NCBI GenBank assembly: GCA_004431415.1
Contig: QPMI01000675.1
Span: 47,541-111,540 of the forward strand
Source: Cyanophora paradoxa CCMP329
Taxonomy: Eukaryota; Plantae; Glaucophyta
Length of the DNA: 64,000 bases
Direction of reading: 5' to 3'
This document shows positions 26,109-38,621 of the stretch, piece by piece. Position 1 is the stretch's first letter; each line of letters starts with the position of its first letter. The notes beneath the pieces are model-generated. The model did not search any database, was not told where the DNA came from, and was given only the letters and a program-made list of their open reading frames with translations. The position numbers and the translations under genes are program-made.

Positions 26109-28106
26109 CTAGTCGTCGCTGTCATCCTCGGACTCGCTCTTGGGGTATTGGACGTGGACGAACTCGGCCCAGCTGCGGAGGACGCCCTCCGCGGCCTTGT
26201 GCAGCAGCGGGTCGTCCGTGGCCACTGTCACCTTGAGCAAATCGTCGTCCACGGCGCCGCGGAGGCCCTGCGGAAGCGTCGGGGCCACGCCAAGGGAGGC
26301 CGGCTGCAGGCTTAAGGCTTGCAGCCGGCGGGGGCGCACCTCGAGGGCGAGGAGGTCGGCGCTGCTGTCCAGGTGGCTCTTGATCTCTCCGTAAATGTCT
26401 CTGGATCTGGCGCACGCCGCCAGCGCCGCCACCTCCCCCGCCGTCAGCGGCCGCTCGACGTGCAGCCAGATGTACTCCAGGACGTCGGCAGCGGCCGTGA
26501 GGCACTCCGTGAGGGCCGCCGCGTCCGTGCCCTCCGGCGCTGCGCGCAGCGTCGGCGGGGTCACGGCGGGACGGGCAGGAGGGTGGAGCAGTGCCCCGCG
26601 TACCCTTGTTCACGAGGTTGAGCTCGTCGAGGGAGCGGGAGGCCCGGACGGCGTCGGCGAGGCCGTAGAGGAAGAAGCCCGCTTCGCCCTCGCTCTCGAA
26701 GAGGAGAGTGAGCTCCCGGAGCTTGGGGGCCGCCCCCAGAGCCGCCACGTCCTCCCGCGAGACGTCGTCGCTCACCTGCGCGGCTCGTCGGGCGGGCGGA
26801 GGCGCGAGCAGGCGGGGGCGGCGGGGGCGGCGGGGGGCGGACGTGGATTTTCTTGAGGGTCTCCAGCTCGGGGAAGAGGGCGATGGCGCGGAGGTCGTCC
26901 CCGTTGAAGTGGTGGCGGGACCACGGGCTGCCCGGCGTCAGACCGCGAGCGGCGAGCACGGGCACTCGGCGCCGCACTTGTCGTTGGAGCGCAGCCTCTT
27001 GAGGGTCCTGCCCGCAGCGCCCGCCGCGAGGGCGGCCAGCGAGCCCCCGACGTCGGCTTCGTCGGATCCGGATATGTCGAGCCGCTCCAGCGGCAGGGGC
27101 GCGAGGCGCGCGACGGCGTCGGCCTCCCTCGGCGTCATCGTGAGGCACCGGAGGCGCGGGCAGCACTCCGCTAGCACGCCCGCCTCCGCTCCTTTGAATG
27201 AAAGCCAGCCTTTCGCTGCGCGGGTCCGGGTTAGACAGCACAAGACCAGCCCTGCGGCGCCAGCGCCCCCGCACGCACGCAGCTCCAGGCTCCGAAGGTT
27301 GGAGAAGGGGGCGAGGGCCGAGCGGAGGGCGTCGGCCGAGGTCTGCTGCTTCTTCGTCTCGATTGACACACGCAGCTGGAGCCTCTGGAGGGCAGCCGGC
27401 TTGGCGGCTCCGTCCGCGCGCGGTGGCCTGAGGGCCAAGAGGGCGGCAGAGACGAAGGATTCAACGGGGACGACGTCGTCGCTCAGACTCTTCAGGAATC
27501 GGTAGTCGACCAGCACTGTCTTCGGGCCGCGGCCGGCGTGCTGGCTGGCGATCGCTGAGAGCACGCCGAGCGCGCCGCCCCACAGCCCGAACGCGTCCGC
27601 CTGCGAGAGCCCGTCCGCCCGCAGCGAGAGGGAGACGTGGTCGAGCCTGACCGAGGAGCTTCCGAGCAAAGCTGCATGCAGCTGTAGCAGGTGCGCGGGC
27701 TTGCTCGTGGACACGCCCAGCCTGCGGAAAAGAGGGACCTGGATGATCTCCCGCCACGCCTTGCACACGCTGCGCGGGCAACTTAGCCTAGTAGCCTGCC
27801 ATGCAAATGCTTTCTGCGAGCCGGAGGCACTCGAATGCGCACCGGCGAAGGGGCCACGCCTTCTCGAGAGGCAGGAACGAGAAGACGAGCGCGAGCAGTT
27901 CGTCCGAGAGGTCGCCGATGCTGGCTTCGGATCGTCTCGCGTCGCTCCCCGCGTCCTCCGGATCCTGCAGCGAAATGTCGTCAGCTGGCGCGCCCCATCC
28001 GGAGCGGGAGGATCGTGCAGGCGCAAATTAAACTGATCATGATCATGACCGTCGGCCGCGGACGCACGTCAACTGCGAGACGGCTCCGTTTCGCTGCGGG
28101 CTCCAT
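26109..28106 (-). CDS. F-box/LRR-like (RNI-like) protein, paralog A
   Basis: N-terminus MEPAAKRSRL; F-box IGDLSDELLALVFSFLPLEKAWPLRR/VCKAWREII; LRR-like segments LAPFSNLRSLEL, LAECCPRLRCLTM, LGAAPKLRELTL; acidic tail. Confidence 0.75.
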
Positions 28107-28317
28107 CCCTCTTGCTGTGATGATCTAGCTGCAGCTGATTGGAGAGGGCTCGCTAGCGCTGCGCCGGAACTGGGCTGGCTGGCGGTTTGAAACTGCCGCG
28201 ACCTCGAGCTCGAGCTTGAGCCCAAGCCGACAATATCCGGTATCCGGGAAGCGGCTTGAAGAAGCCTTGAACCCACAGCAGCCGGAGTGCAGCCGTGCAC
28301 AAGTTTGAGAGCAGCGC

Positions 28318-30290
28318 ATGGAGCGCCCGGAGAAGCGCAAACGTTTCTCGATCAGGGTCAGCTCGCGCGCCGCGCGCTTCTCCCGCCGTGCGCGGCGACC
28401 TTGCGCATGCTAAGAGTTCGCTGCAGGAATTGGAGGACCGATGCAGCGAAGCGGAAGGAGCCGAAGCGGGCTTCGAGCGCCTGTCGGACGAGCTGCTCGC
28501 GCACGTCTTCTCGTTCATCCCGCTGAACGTGGCCTGGCGCCTCCGATCGTGCGCGTTTACGTGCCTCGCAAAAAGCATTCACACAGCAGTCTAATTCGCC
28601 CGCGCAGCGTGTGCAAGGCGTGGCGGGAGATCATCCAGGTCTCCATCTTCCCCAATCTGGATATGAGCACCAAGAATGCAGCACACCTGTCGGAGCTTGC
28701 GGCCTTGTTCAGCAAGTCTTCGGTCCAGTTGAAGCTCGAGAATGTCTCTCTCGCCCTTCAGACGGACGGGCTCTCGGATGACGAATCATTCGACCTGTGG
28801 GGCAGCGCCCTGGAGGTGCTGTCGGCACTCACCAGCAAGCACGCGCGCCGCGGCCCGAAGGTGGTGGATCTTAGCTACTCAACGCTTCCCATCGACGACC
28901 GGCTGGACAACGCCGATCCAGCTCATTCGCTTGTCTTAGCCGTCCTCGTCGCGCTCCGCCCATTGCGAAAGAAAGGACCCGACGCCTCGGCTCCTCTTCA
29001 GAAGCTCCATCTCAAATTGTCAGTTCCCGATTTCGAACAAATGGATATCTCATCGTCTACCTTCCGCGCGTTCCTCGCCCCCTTCTCCAACCTTACGAGC
29101 ATGGAGCTGCGTGCGTGCGGGGACGCGAGGGCTTGCCTTTAGCTGTCCGACGGTCTCACTCGGACCTGCACAGCGACAGACTGGCTTCCAATCGGAAGGG
29201 CGCAAGCGGCCGTGCTGGCGGAGTGCTGCCCGCGCCTCGCGTGCCTCACGATGACGCCGGCGAGCGCAAACGCCGTCGCGCGCCTTGCGCCTCTGCCGCT
29301 GGAGAGACTGACAATATGCGACTACACTGACGACTTGAGGGGATCCCTCACTGCCCTATCGGCGGGTCGAGCCGGCGAGACGCTGAAGTACATCAGCACT
29401 GACAGGTCTGTTCTGAGCGCCGTCCCTCCGCCCCATCGTGCTCACACGCCTGGCAGCAAAATCCCGTTTCCACGTGTGAATCGGGAGGACCTCCGCGCCA
29501 TGGCGCGATTCCCGGAGCTGCTTTGCCTCCAACGCGTCGGGGTTCGCCACTCCGCCCCGCTGGAGGCCTCTTCTTCCGTCGCTAAGCGTGTCGCAGGTCA
29601 GCGAGGACGTCTCTCGGGAGGACGTCGCAGCGCTCGGGGCGGCCCCCAAGCTCAGCACTCTCGTAATCTGCTTTGCAGGCGACGTCGACGCGACGCCCTT
29701 CCTCTGGGGCCTCGCCGACGCCGCGCGCGCCTCCCGCTCCATCAAGAAGCTCTCCCTCTTTCTTGAAGGTCTGCCCCCCCTCGCCCCCCCCCCCCCTCCC
29801 CCTCCCCCCCCTCCCCCTCCCCCCTCCCCCTTCTCCCCCCCCCCCCCCCCCCCCCCTTCTTTGGTTGCCTGCGCTGACGGCAGCATCGCAGCCCCGAGCA
29901 CTGTGGACCCCGCGGCCCTTAAGGACTGCCTCACGGCTGCTTCCCGCGTCCTGTACCTTCTCGAGCTCCACGTCAAGCGGCCGCTCACTGCGGGGGAAGT
30001 GTTTGCACTCGCCGGCTGCAGGCGCGCGGACTTTTCGAGCAGGATCACGTGCCGTCTCGACAGCAGCGCGGACCTCCTCGCGCTTGACGTGCGCTCGCCG
30101 CCGCGCCGCACGCTCTCAGCTCAGCGGCTGCGACCCGCAGCGCCTTCGCGGCGCGCGCGTGGCGGCCCGCATAGAACTCATGTGCGTAACGGATGATCCC
30201 ATGCTTCACCGCGCGGCCAGGGGCGTCCTGCGCGGCTGGGGTTTGAAGTGCCACGTGGACTGCCCAAAGCCCGACTCCGACGACGAGTGA
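28318..30290 (+). CDS. F-box/LRR-like protein, paralog B
   Basis: N-terminus MERPEKRKRF; F-box FERLSDELLAHVFSFIPLNVAWRLRS/VCKAWREII; same exon structure as A; ends PDSDDE*. Confidence 0.75.
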
Positions 30291-30339
30291 TCCCCTCCCT
30301 CGAGCCCGCTCGCCCTTCTCCGCACTCCTCCGCACCCCT

Positions 30340-30716
30340 CCGACGTCGCGGCGAACGAGGCCGCGGCCGCCGCCGCCGCCGCCGCCGCGGCGCGGGGGGA
30401 GGAGGCGGTGCGGCTGCAGCTGCCGGCGCCGAGCGTGGCGGAGATCCCGCGCCTCTTCTTCGTGCCGAGGCCCGAGCTCGAGGCCGGCGCGGAGGCGGCG
30501 CCGGAGCTCGAGGCGCTGCGGGGCGGGGCGCAGGAGGCGGCCGCCGGCGAGCGCCTCTTCCGCGTCAAGTTCAAGATGCCGGCCGCCAAGGCCGCCGCCG
30601 CCATCGCCGCCGACTCCGCCGCCGCCCGCGCCGCCGCCGCCGCCGCCGCCCGCCAGCGGCTCGACGAGGCCAACGCGCTCTTCTCGAGCGTCGCCAACAA
30701 GATCGTCGACGAGTGA
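30340..30716 (+). pseudogene. Orphan coding fragment (Ala-rich, coiled-coil-like 3' exon) or alternative last exon
   Basis: Protein-like open frame (VRLQLPAPSVAEIPRLFFVPRP...RQRLDEANALFSSVANKIVDE*) with no start or upstream exons, lying just after paralog B. Confidence 0.3.
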
Positions 30717-31075
30717 GCGGCCCCCGTCCCCCGGCCCCCCTTCCCGTCAGACCCCCCGCCTCCCCTTGCCGTCCCTCGGCCGCGTCCCCTCTCCGCGGCC
30801 CCTGGCTCCCATCCGGTTTCGGTAGTGTATCTTGCATGCGAGATTATCTTGATCGCGAGCTCGAGGCTGCTGGGCTCATCAGCTTCAATTCTGTGCACGC
30901 GAAGCTAGGGCGAGCCGTCTAGCCGGCTGGCGTCGGGTACAGCGCATTCTGGGCTTGGGCTTGACCGCGGCAGTTTCAAACTGCCAAGATTCACGTGCAC
31001 GTCAGCCGCCCTGCTCCGGGATCCTCTGCAGCGGGCCCTCTCATCGGCCCAGAGAATTCAGACCAGACAAGAGGG

Positions 31076-33026
31076 ATGGAGCCCACAGCGAAACGGAGCC
31101 GTCTCACGGTCAGTTCGCGCTTCGCGCGCTTTTCCCGCCGCGCGCGCGCCGGGCGATGACACTTCGCTGCAGAAGAACGCGGAAAGCGACGCGAAGCGAG
31201 TCGAAGCGAGCATCGGCGACCTCTCGGACGAGCTGCTCGCGCATATCTTCTCGTACCTCTACATGGAGGACGCGTGGCGCTGTCGCCCGTGCGCTTTTCA
31301 GTACTTCGATCTCACCGCATCATTCTAAATCGCTCACGCAGCGTGTGCAAGGCGTGGCTGAAGGTCATCCAGGTCTCGTCCTTCCTTCATCTGGGCTCCC
31401 CACGCTTCGGCTTCGACGTGCCATCGCATCTGTCGGATCTCGCAGTTCTGCTCAGAAGCTCGTCGGCCGCGGTCCAGCTCAGCGACGTCGATCTTTCGCT
31501 CGGCACGGACGGGCTCTCGCAGGCGGACGCGTTCGGCCTGTGGGGCAACGCGCTCGGCGTGCTCTCAGCAATTGCCAGCCAGCACGCCGGCCGCGGCCCG
31601 AAGGATGTCTCGCTGTGCTTCGCCCTCAGCGTCTCGGAGGGCGTGCGCGAGGAGACGTCCGAGTGCGTCGTCCCCATGGCGGCGCTCGCCTCTGCCGCCG
31701 AGTCCTTCGTCGTGGCGCCCCTCGCGGCGCTCAAGCCGCCGAGCCGGCACGGATCCGACGCTCCGGCCGCCCTCGAGGAGCTGTCTCTGGACGTGAAGCT
31801 CCGCGCGCCGCAAGAGATCCAGCAGCGCCTCCTGAAGGGGATCGCCGACAACACGCTCCGCTCGGCCCTCGCCCCCTTCTCCAACCTTCGGAGCCTGGAG
31901 CTGCGTGCGTGCGGGGCGCGGGGGCGCGGGGCTGGCGTTTTGCCTGACTCGCGCCTGCGCAGCGACCGGCTGGCTCTTGTTCGGAAGGGCGCAGGCTGCC
32001 GTGCTGGCCGAGTGCTGCCCTCGCCTCGCGAAGCTCACGATGACCGCGTCTGAGGCTGCAGCTGTCGCGAGCCTGGCGCCCCTGCCGCTGGAGGAGTTGA
32101 TGCTCTCCGGGCATCCTTTCGACATCGACATTGGGGGCTCGCTCACCGCCCTCGCCGCGGGCGCGGCGGGTAGGACCCTGAAGCACTTCAGCGGCAGCCG
32201 GTCCGCGTCTCACCGCCCCCGCCGGCCCACCGTCTTCTCATCCGATGCGCAGCAACGAGATCAACTCGAACGACCTCCGCGCCGTGGCTATCTTCCCGGA
32301 GCTCCGTGACTTCAAGAACTTCCAGGCCCGCCGTTCGTCCTCTGCCGGCCCGTGTTGCAGCTCACGCCCCGCAGGTCAACGACGACGTGTCTCGGGAGGA
32401 CGTGGCTGCGCTGGGGGCGGCCCCCAAGCTGCGGGAGCTCGTCGTCTTCTTCGAGGGCAACGAGGACGCGACGGCCTTCGTCGCCGGCCTCGCCGACGCC
32501 GTGCGGGCCTCCCGAACGCTTGAGGAGCTCTCCGTCTACCGCACGGGTCCGCCGAGCCGTTCTTCCGAAGGTCTCGCCCGCCCTGAGCCCGCCGGCGCCG
32601 CGCGCAGCGCCGGAGGGTACGGACCCGGCGGCCCTCGCGGACTTCGTCGGCGCCTCCGCCGGAGTTCTCCGCGAGTTCCGCTACCGGCTCGACCGCGCGC
32701 TCACGGCCCCGGAGGTCGCGGCGCTGGCGGCCTGCACCGGCCTGAGCGGCGCGGTCGACTGCGTCATCTGCCGCAGCGCGGACCTCCTCGCGCTCGAGGT
32801 CCGCCCGGCCCGGCCCTCTCCGCGCGGCGCGCCGTCAGTTAAGTTGACGCGGAATCGGCAGGGCCTCCGCGGCACCAGCCACCACTTCCGTGTGCAGATG
32901 CAAACCGACGACCCGCTCCTCTGCAGCGCGGCCCAGGGCGTCCTCAGCACCTGGCTCAACGCGCGGGGCGAACCCATCGCTACCGTGTCTCTTGCGGCAG
33001 GGGATGACGACGACGACGATGATTAA
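31076..33026 (+). CDS. F-box/LRR-like protein, paralog C
   Basis: MEPTAKRSRL; IGDLSDELLAHIFSYLYMEDAWRCR/VCKAWLKVI; LRR-like exons; ends DDDDDD*. Confidence 0.75.
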
Positions 33027-33202
33027 GATGTGATTTCTTGTAATCAACCAGAGCGTCGAAAGATACACGTTAGGACTCCTTGACCTTTCTCGCCCCGGCC
33101 CCTCCTAGCCCGCGGGCAGCGCCCGCGGCCGCCTCTTGCAAGCTCCCTTTAAGGACACTCAAGCTATTTGCAGCGGCGGGGGCAGGGCGGCGGCGGGGCG
33201 GG

Positions 33203-34175
33203 TCAGGGGGCGTCGGGGGCGTCGCCGGGGCCCGCCTCGAGGGAGGCGAGGAGGCGCGCCCCGAGGGGGCCCCGCAGCAGCGGCCCCAGCGGCCGGCTCA
33301 GCGCGCTCACCAGGTCCACGCAGTACCCCGCCCCCCGCTTCTCCGCCCCCAGCGCGCACTTCACCTGCCCCCGCCCCCACGCGGGTTGTCAGGGCCAGGG
33401 GGCGGCGGGGTACGGGGGCGGGGCGCGCCTGGTAGGTGGAGGGCCCGAGGTTGGCGGCCGCGCACCCGCCGCGGATCGCGAGCTCGATCAGCGCGTAGTA
33501 CAGGTTGAAGTACGCCTGCGCCGAAAGGAGGGTGCGCGCTCGGTCCGCGGCCGGGGGCAGGGGGGGAGGGGTACGGCGCACGCGGGTCTCGGGCCCAACG
33601 CTGTAGTCGATGCCGACGGTCTTCAGGAACATGGTACCCTGCGCGGGGCAATGAGGGGGGCAGGGCCGGCGGGGTACGGGGTGCGGGGCGCGCACGCCGC
33701 AGCGGAAGACGAGAGCGAAGGCGGCCATGCGGCCCGGCGCGCCGCCCGCCGCCCCGCCGCCGCCGCGAGCGCCGCCCCCGGCGTCGCCCCGGGCTCCGGT
33801 CCAGCCCCGCGCCAGGGGCGCCCGGGCCGGGACGGACGTCGACGAGCCGGCTGAGCCAGATCTAGACGGCGGGGCCGCGGCAGGTTGAGGTGAGAGTGGT
33901 AAGTTAGAGCACTAGGCAAGCTCGAAGAATCGAGCAGTGTCCCCTTCTGACGTCGACCATCCCGGGGGCGCAGCGCGCGCACACACGGACGTCGACCGTA
34001 GCCATGGTCGTTCGACCCATGCATATGGGGGCGCTCGGGGGCGCGGGCGGGGCCGCCGGGCGGGGCGTTCGGGGGCGAAGGCGGCCGCGGCGCGCTTGGC
34101 GGCCTTGGTGTCGCGCATCGCATCATCGCGCACCTTCGCCGCCTTCTCCTCCTCCGTCAGCGCCGCCCGCGCAAC
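33203..34175 (-). pseudogene. Duplicated 3' fragment of the GNAT gene, interrupted by a ~170-bp insertion
   Basis: Near-identical to ~40786-41560 (FLKTVGIDYSVGPETR, AYFNLYYALIELAIRGG). Lacks the 5' half; unrelated sequence at ~33855-34025. Confidence 0.75.
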
Positions 34176-34638
34176 GTACAAATAACGGCGCCATGGCCAG
34201 CGGCCGCTCCCGCCGCCGCAACCGCCGCCGGGGCGCCAGCGGGTTTGTCCGCCCTCCGCCGGCCAGCGCTAGCGCGCCTCTGCATGCGCATGCGCCCTAG
34301 CCTTCCCCCTGCGCGTGCGCCCCGAGCTGACCGCCCCGAGCCTGCGCGCACGGCAGGAGAAGCACGCGGCGCGCGAGCTGACCGCGAGACAGCTGCGCTT
34401 CTCCGGGCGCTCCATGCGCTGCTTTCAAACTTGTGCACGGCTGCACTGCGGCTGCGGTGGGTTCAAGGCTTCTTCAAAGTTCAAGCCGCTTCCCGGATAC
34501 CGGATATTGTCGGCTTGGGCTCAAGCTCGAGCTCGAGGTCGCGGCAGTTTCAAACCGCTGATATAGGGATCGCCAGCCAGCCCAGTTCCGGCGCAGCGAG
34601 GCCTTTCTCAACAGCCGTAGAGCAAAACAGCAAGAGGG

Positions 34639-36570
34639 ATGGAGCCCGCAGCGAAACGGAGCCGTCTCGCGCCGGCGGTCAGTTCGCCCTAGCGCTTCGC
34701 GCGCGCATCCCGCCGCGCGCGCGGCGCGGGTCGGGAATGACACTTCGCTGCAGGAGAACGCGGGAAGCGACGCGAAGCGAGTCGAAGCGAGCATCGGCGA
34801 TCTCTCGGACGAACTGCTCGCGCACATCTTCTCGTACCTCTACATGGAGGATGCGTGGCGCTTTCGCCGGTGCGCTTTTGAGAGCCTCGCATAATCCATC
34901 TGTGCAGCAGTCTGAGTTGCCCGCGCAGCGTGTGCAAGGCGTGGCGGAAGATCATCCAGGTCTCCGTCTTCCGCAAGCTGAGCATCGGCTTCGACGTGCC
35001 ATCGCATCTGTCAGATCTCGCAACTTTGCTGAGAAGCTCGTCAGTTCAGCTCAACGACGTCGATCTCTCGCCCACAACTCGCGGGCTCTCGCAGGCGGAC
35101 GCGTTCGCGCTGTGGGGCAACGCGCTCGGCGTGCTCTCAGCGATCGCCAGCCAGCACGCCGGCCGCGGCCCGAAGAATGTCTCGCTGAGCTACTTTCTAA
35201 GCCTGGTCGACGTCAACGTCGGCGCCAGTGTCGTCTCCCTCGAATCCGTTGCCTCTGCTGCCGAATCCCTCTTCCTCGCTCCGCTCGCGGCGCTCCGGCC
35301 ACCGCGCAAGAACGGATCCGATGCTCCGGCCGCTCTCGAACAGCTGTTTCTGACAGTAGCATTTCATGCGCCGGAAGACATCGAGCAGCGCCTCCTGAAG
35401 GGGATCGCCGACACCACGCTCCGCTCGGCCCTCGCCCCCTTCTCCAACCTTTGGAGACTGGAGCTGCGTGCGTGCGGGGCTCTGCAGCAGCGGGGCTGGC
35501 CTTCTGCCGCCTGACTCGCGCCCGCAGCGACCGGCTGGCTCGTGCTCGGAGGGGCGCAGGCGGCCGTGCTGGCGGAGTGCTGCCCGCGCCTCGCGAAGCT
35601 CACGATGACCGCGTCCGAGGCTGCAGCCGTCGCGAGCCTGGCGCCCCTGCCGCTGGAGGAGTTGGAGCTCTACGGTTATCCTTTCGACATCGACATTGGG
35701 GGCTCGCTGTCCGCCCTCGCCGCGGGCGCGGCGGGCAGGACCCTGGAGCGTCTCAGCGGCCAGTGGTCCGACGTCCCGGCGCCGCGCCCCCTGCCTCTGA
35801 GCTGGTCTCATTTGCCGCGCAGCAACGAGATCAACGGGGGCGACCTCCGCGCCGTGGCTCGCTTTCCGGAGCTCCGCATCTTTGAGCACTTCCTGGTCCG
35901 CCGCTCGCACTCTGCCCGCCCCTGTTGCAGCTCACGCCCCGCAGGTCAACGACGACGTCGCTCGGGAGGACGTGGCTGCGCTGGGGTCGGCCCCCGAGCT
36001 CCGGGAGCTCGAACTGCGCTTCGAAAGCGACGGCGACGCGGCGCCCTTCCTCTACGGCCTCGCCGACGCCGTCCGGGCCTCCCGCTCCCTCGACAAGCTG
36101 TCCCTCTCCCTTAAGGGTCCGCTGGGCCGTTCCATCCGACGTGTCATTCGCCCTGAGCCCGCCGCGCGCAGCCCCGGACGGGACGGACCCGGCGGCCATC
36201 GCGGACTTCGCCACCGCCGCCGCGGGAGTTCTCCGCACGATCCACTACCGCGTCAACCGCGCGCTAACAGCGGAGGAGGTTACGGCGCTGGCAAGCTGTA
36301 ATCGTGTGCGTTGCGATGTCCTTTGCCCCATCCGCAGCATCGCAGACCTCTTTGCACTTGAGGTCCGCACACACGGGCCTTCTCCGCGCGGCACGCCCGC
36401 ATTGAACGTCGAATCGGCAGGGCCTCCGCGGCACCAGCAAATGTTTTCAGATCATCATGCACACCGACGACCCGCTCCTCTGCAGCGCGGCCAAGGGCGT
36501 CCTCAGCACCTGGCTGAACGCAGAAGGTTACGTTTTCATACAGGTCATCCACTCCGCTGACCATGAGTGA
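34639..36570 (+). CDS. F-box/LRR-like protein, paralog D
   Basis: MEPAAKRSRL; IGDLSDELLAHIFSYLYMEDAWRFRR/VCKAWRKII; high similarity to paralog C. Confidence 0.75.
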
Positions 36571-36859
36571 CCATGAGTACTAGTGTAGCGCTTCTTGCAG
36601 AACAGCAGCATGTGAAGGCCATCCATTTCGAGAAGTTAGCCCTTCTCATCCCCCCCCCCCCCCCCCCCCCCCCCACCACCACCCACCCCACCCCTCTCCC
36701 TCGAGATTTCGCTTCGAATTCGAGCACACTATGTACGTATACAGAGCCGCTGGCAGGGCGGGTCAGGGGCAGGGAGTGGGGGCCCGTTAGGGAGTGGGGA
36801 GTGGGGCCCGTTAGGGAGTGGGGGCCGCCGGCGGGGGCCGACGGCGGCGGCGGGGCGGG

Positions 36860-37847
36860 TCAGGGGGCGTCGGGGGCGTCGCCGGGGCCCGCCTCGAGGG
36901 AGGCGAGGAGGCGCGCCCCGAGGGGGCCCCGCAGCAGCGGCCCCAGCGGCCGGCTCAGCGCGCTCACCAGGTCCACGCAGTACCCCGCCCCCCGCTTCTC
37001 CGCCCCCAGCGCGCACTTCACCTGCCCCCGCCCCCGCGCGGGTTGTCAGGGCCAGGGGGCGGCGGGGTACGGGGGCGGGGCGCGCCTGGTAGGTGGAGGG
37101 CCCGAGGTTGGCGGCCGCGCACCCGCCGCGGATCGCGAGCTCGATCAGCGCGTAGTACAGGTTGAAGTACGCCTGCGCCGAAAGGAGGGTACGCGCTCGG
37201 TCCGCGGCCGGGGACGGGGGGGCGGAAGGGGCGTATACGGCGCACGCGGGTCTCGGGCCCCACGCTGTAGTCGATGCCGACGGTCTTCAGGAACATGGTA
37301 CCCTGCGCGGGGCAATGAGGGGGGCAGGGCCGGCGGGGTACGGGGTGCGGGGCGCGCACGCCGCAGCGGAAGACGAGAGCGAAGGCGGCCATGCGGCCCG
37401 GCACGCCGCCCGCCGCCCCCGCCCCCGCCGCGAGCGCCGCCCCCGGCGTCGCCCCGGGCTCCGGCCCCGCGCCCGAAGCGGCCGGGGCGCACGGGGCGGA
37501 CGAGCCGGAAGCCGGGGGCGGGGCGGGGCGCTCGGGGCGCGGGCGGCGCGCTTGGCGGCCTTGGCGGCGCGCACCGCCTCCCGCTCCCGCACCTTCGCCG
37601 CCTTCTCCTCCTCCGTCAGCGCCCCCCGCGCCCCGCCGCCCGAACCCGCCCCCGTCGCCACCGCTGTGGCGCCGGCGGGCCTCTCCGCCCTACCCCCGCG
37701 CTCGCCTGCCGGGGCCCGCGGCTCATGGGCCGGGGCAGGGGACGGGGCCGGGGACGGCGAAGGGTCGGCGGGGTCGGCGGGGCGGGCGGGGGGCAGGCGG
37801 GCGACGAGGAGGAAGCGAGGGGCGCGGGGGACGCGTGCGGGTCGGGC
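36860..37847 (-). pseudogene. Second duplicated 3' fragment of the GNAT gene
   Basis: Matches ~40786-41765 from RVPRAPRFLLVARLP to the stop codon. Confidence 0.75.
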
Positions 37848-38407
37848 TCAGTAGCTCAGATCGACCGCCTTCGGGCCGCGGCGCGCGTGCTTGCTGGTGA
37901 GTGCCGACAGCACCTCCAGGGCGCTGCCCCACAGGTCGAGTGCCTCGTTCCCCGCGAGCCCGTCCGTCTGAAGGGCGAGAGAGACGTCCTCGAGCTTCAG
38001 CTGGACCGGAGACTTGCTGAACAGGGCCGCAAGCTCCGACAGGTGTGCTGCATTCTTGGTGCTCATTTCCAGCCTGGGGAAGATGGAGACCTGGATGATC
38101 TCCCGCCACGCCTTGCACACGCTGCGCGGGCAACTTGACCTGCTGTGCATGTGCTCTTTCTGCGAGACACGTAAACGCGCACGATCGGAGGCGCCAGGCC
38201 ACGTTCAGCGGGATGAACGAGAAGATGTGCGCGAGCAGCTCGTCCGAGAGGCGCTCGAAGCCCGCTTCGGCTCCTTCCGCTTCGCTGCATCGGTCCTCCA
38301 ATTCCTGTAGCGAACTCTTAGCATGCGCAAGGTCGCCGCGCACGGCGGAAGAAGCGCGCGGCGCGCGAGCTGACCACGACACGGCTGCGTTTCGCCAGGC
38401 GCTCCAT
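37848..38407 (-). pseudogene. Truncated B-type F-box gene (5' part only), joined to the GNAT fragment
   Basis: Copy of 28318-28880 (ELEDRCSEAEGAEAGFERLSDELL...KAVDLSY) ending in TGA at 37848-37850. Confidence 0.75.
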
Positions 38408-38621
38408 GCGCTACTCTCAGACTTGCGCCAGCTGCACTGCGGTAGGTTGCAATTGAAGGTCACTTCAAGGCTCAAGCCGCTTCCCGGATACCGGATATCG
38501 TCGGCTTGGGCTCGAGCTTGAGCTCGCGGCAGTTTCAAACCGCTGACATAGCGAGCCCGGCGCAGCCCAGTCCCGGCGCAGCGAGCCCTGCCATTCGCGG
38601 CAGAGCATCACCACAACAGAA

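Noticed and set aside
29770-29860. Poly-proline coding tract or functional C/G-run (also ~36650, ~41915, ~44950)
   Set aside because: These fall within introns or intergenic DNA, and homopolymer lengths are unreliable.
36765-36830. TTAGGG-containing G-rich repeats resembling telomere seeds
   Set aside because: Two isolated hexamers inside a short local duplication, not a tandem telomeric array.
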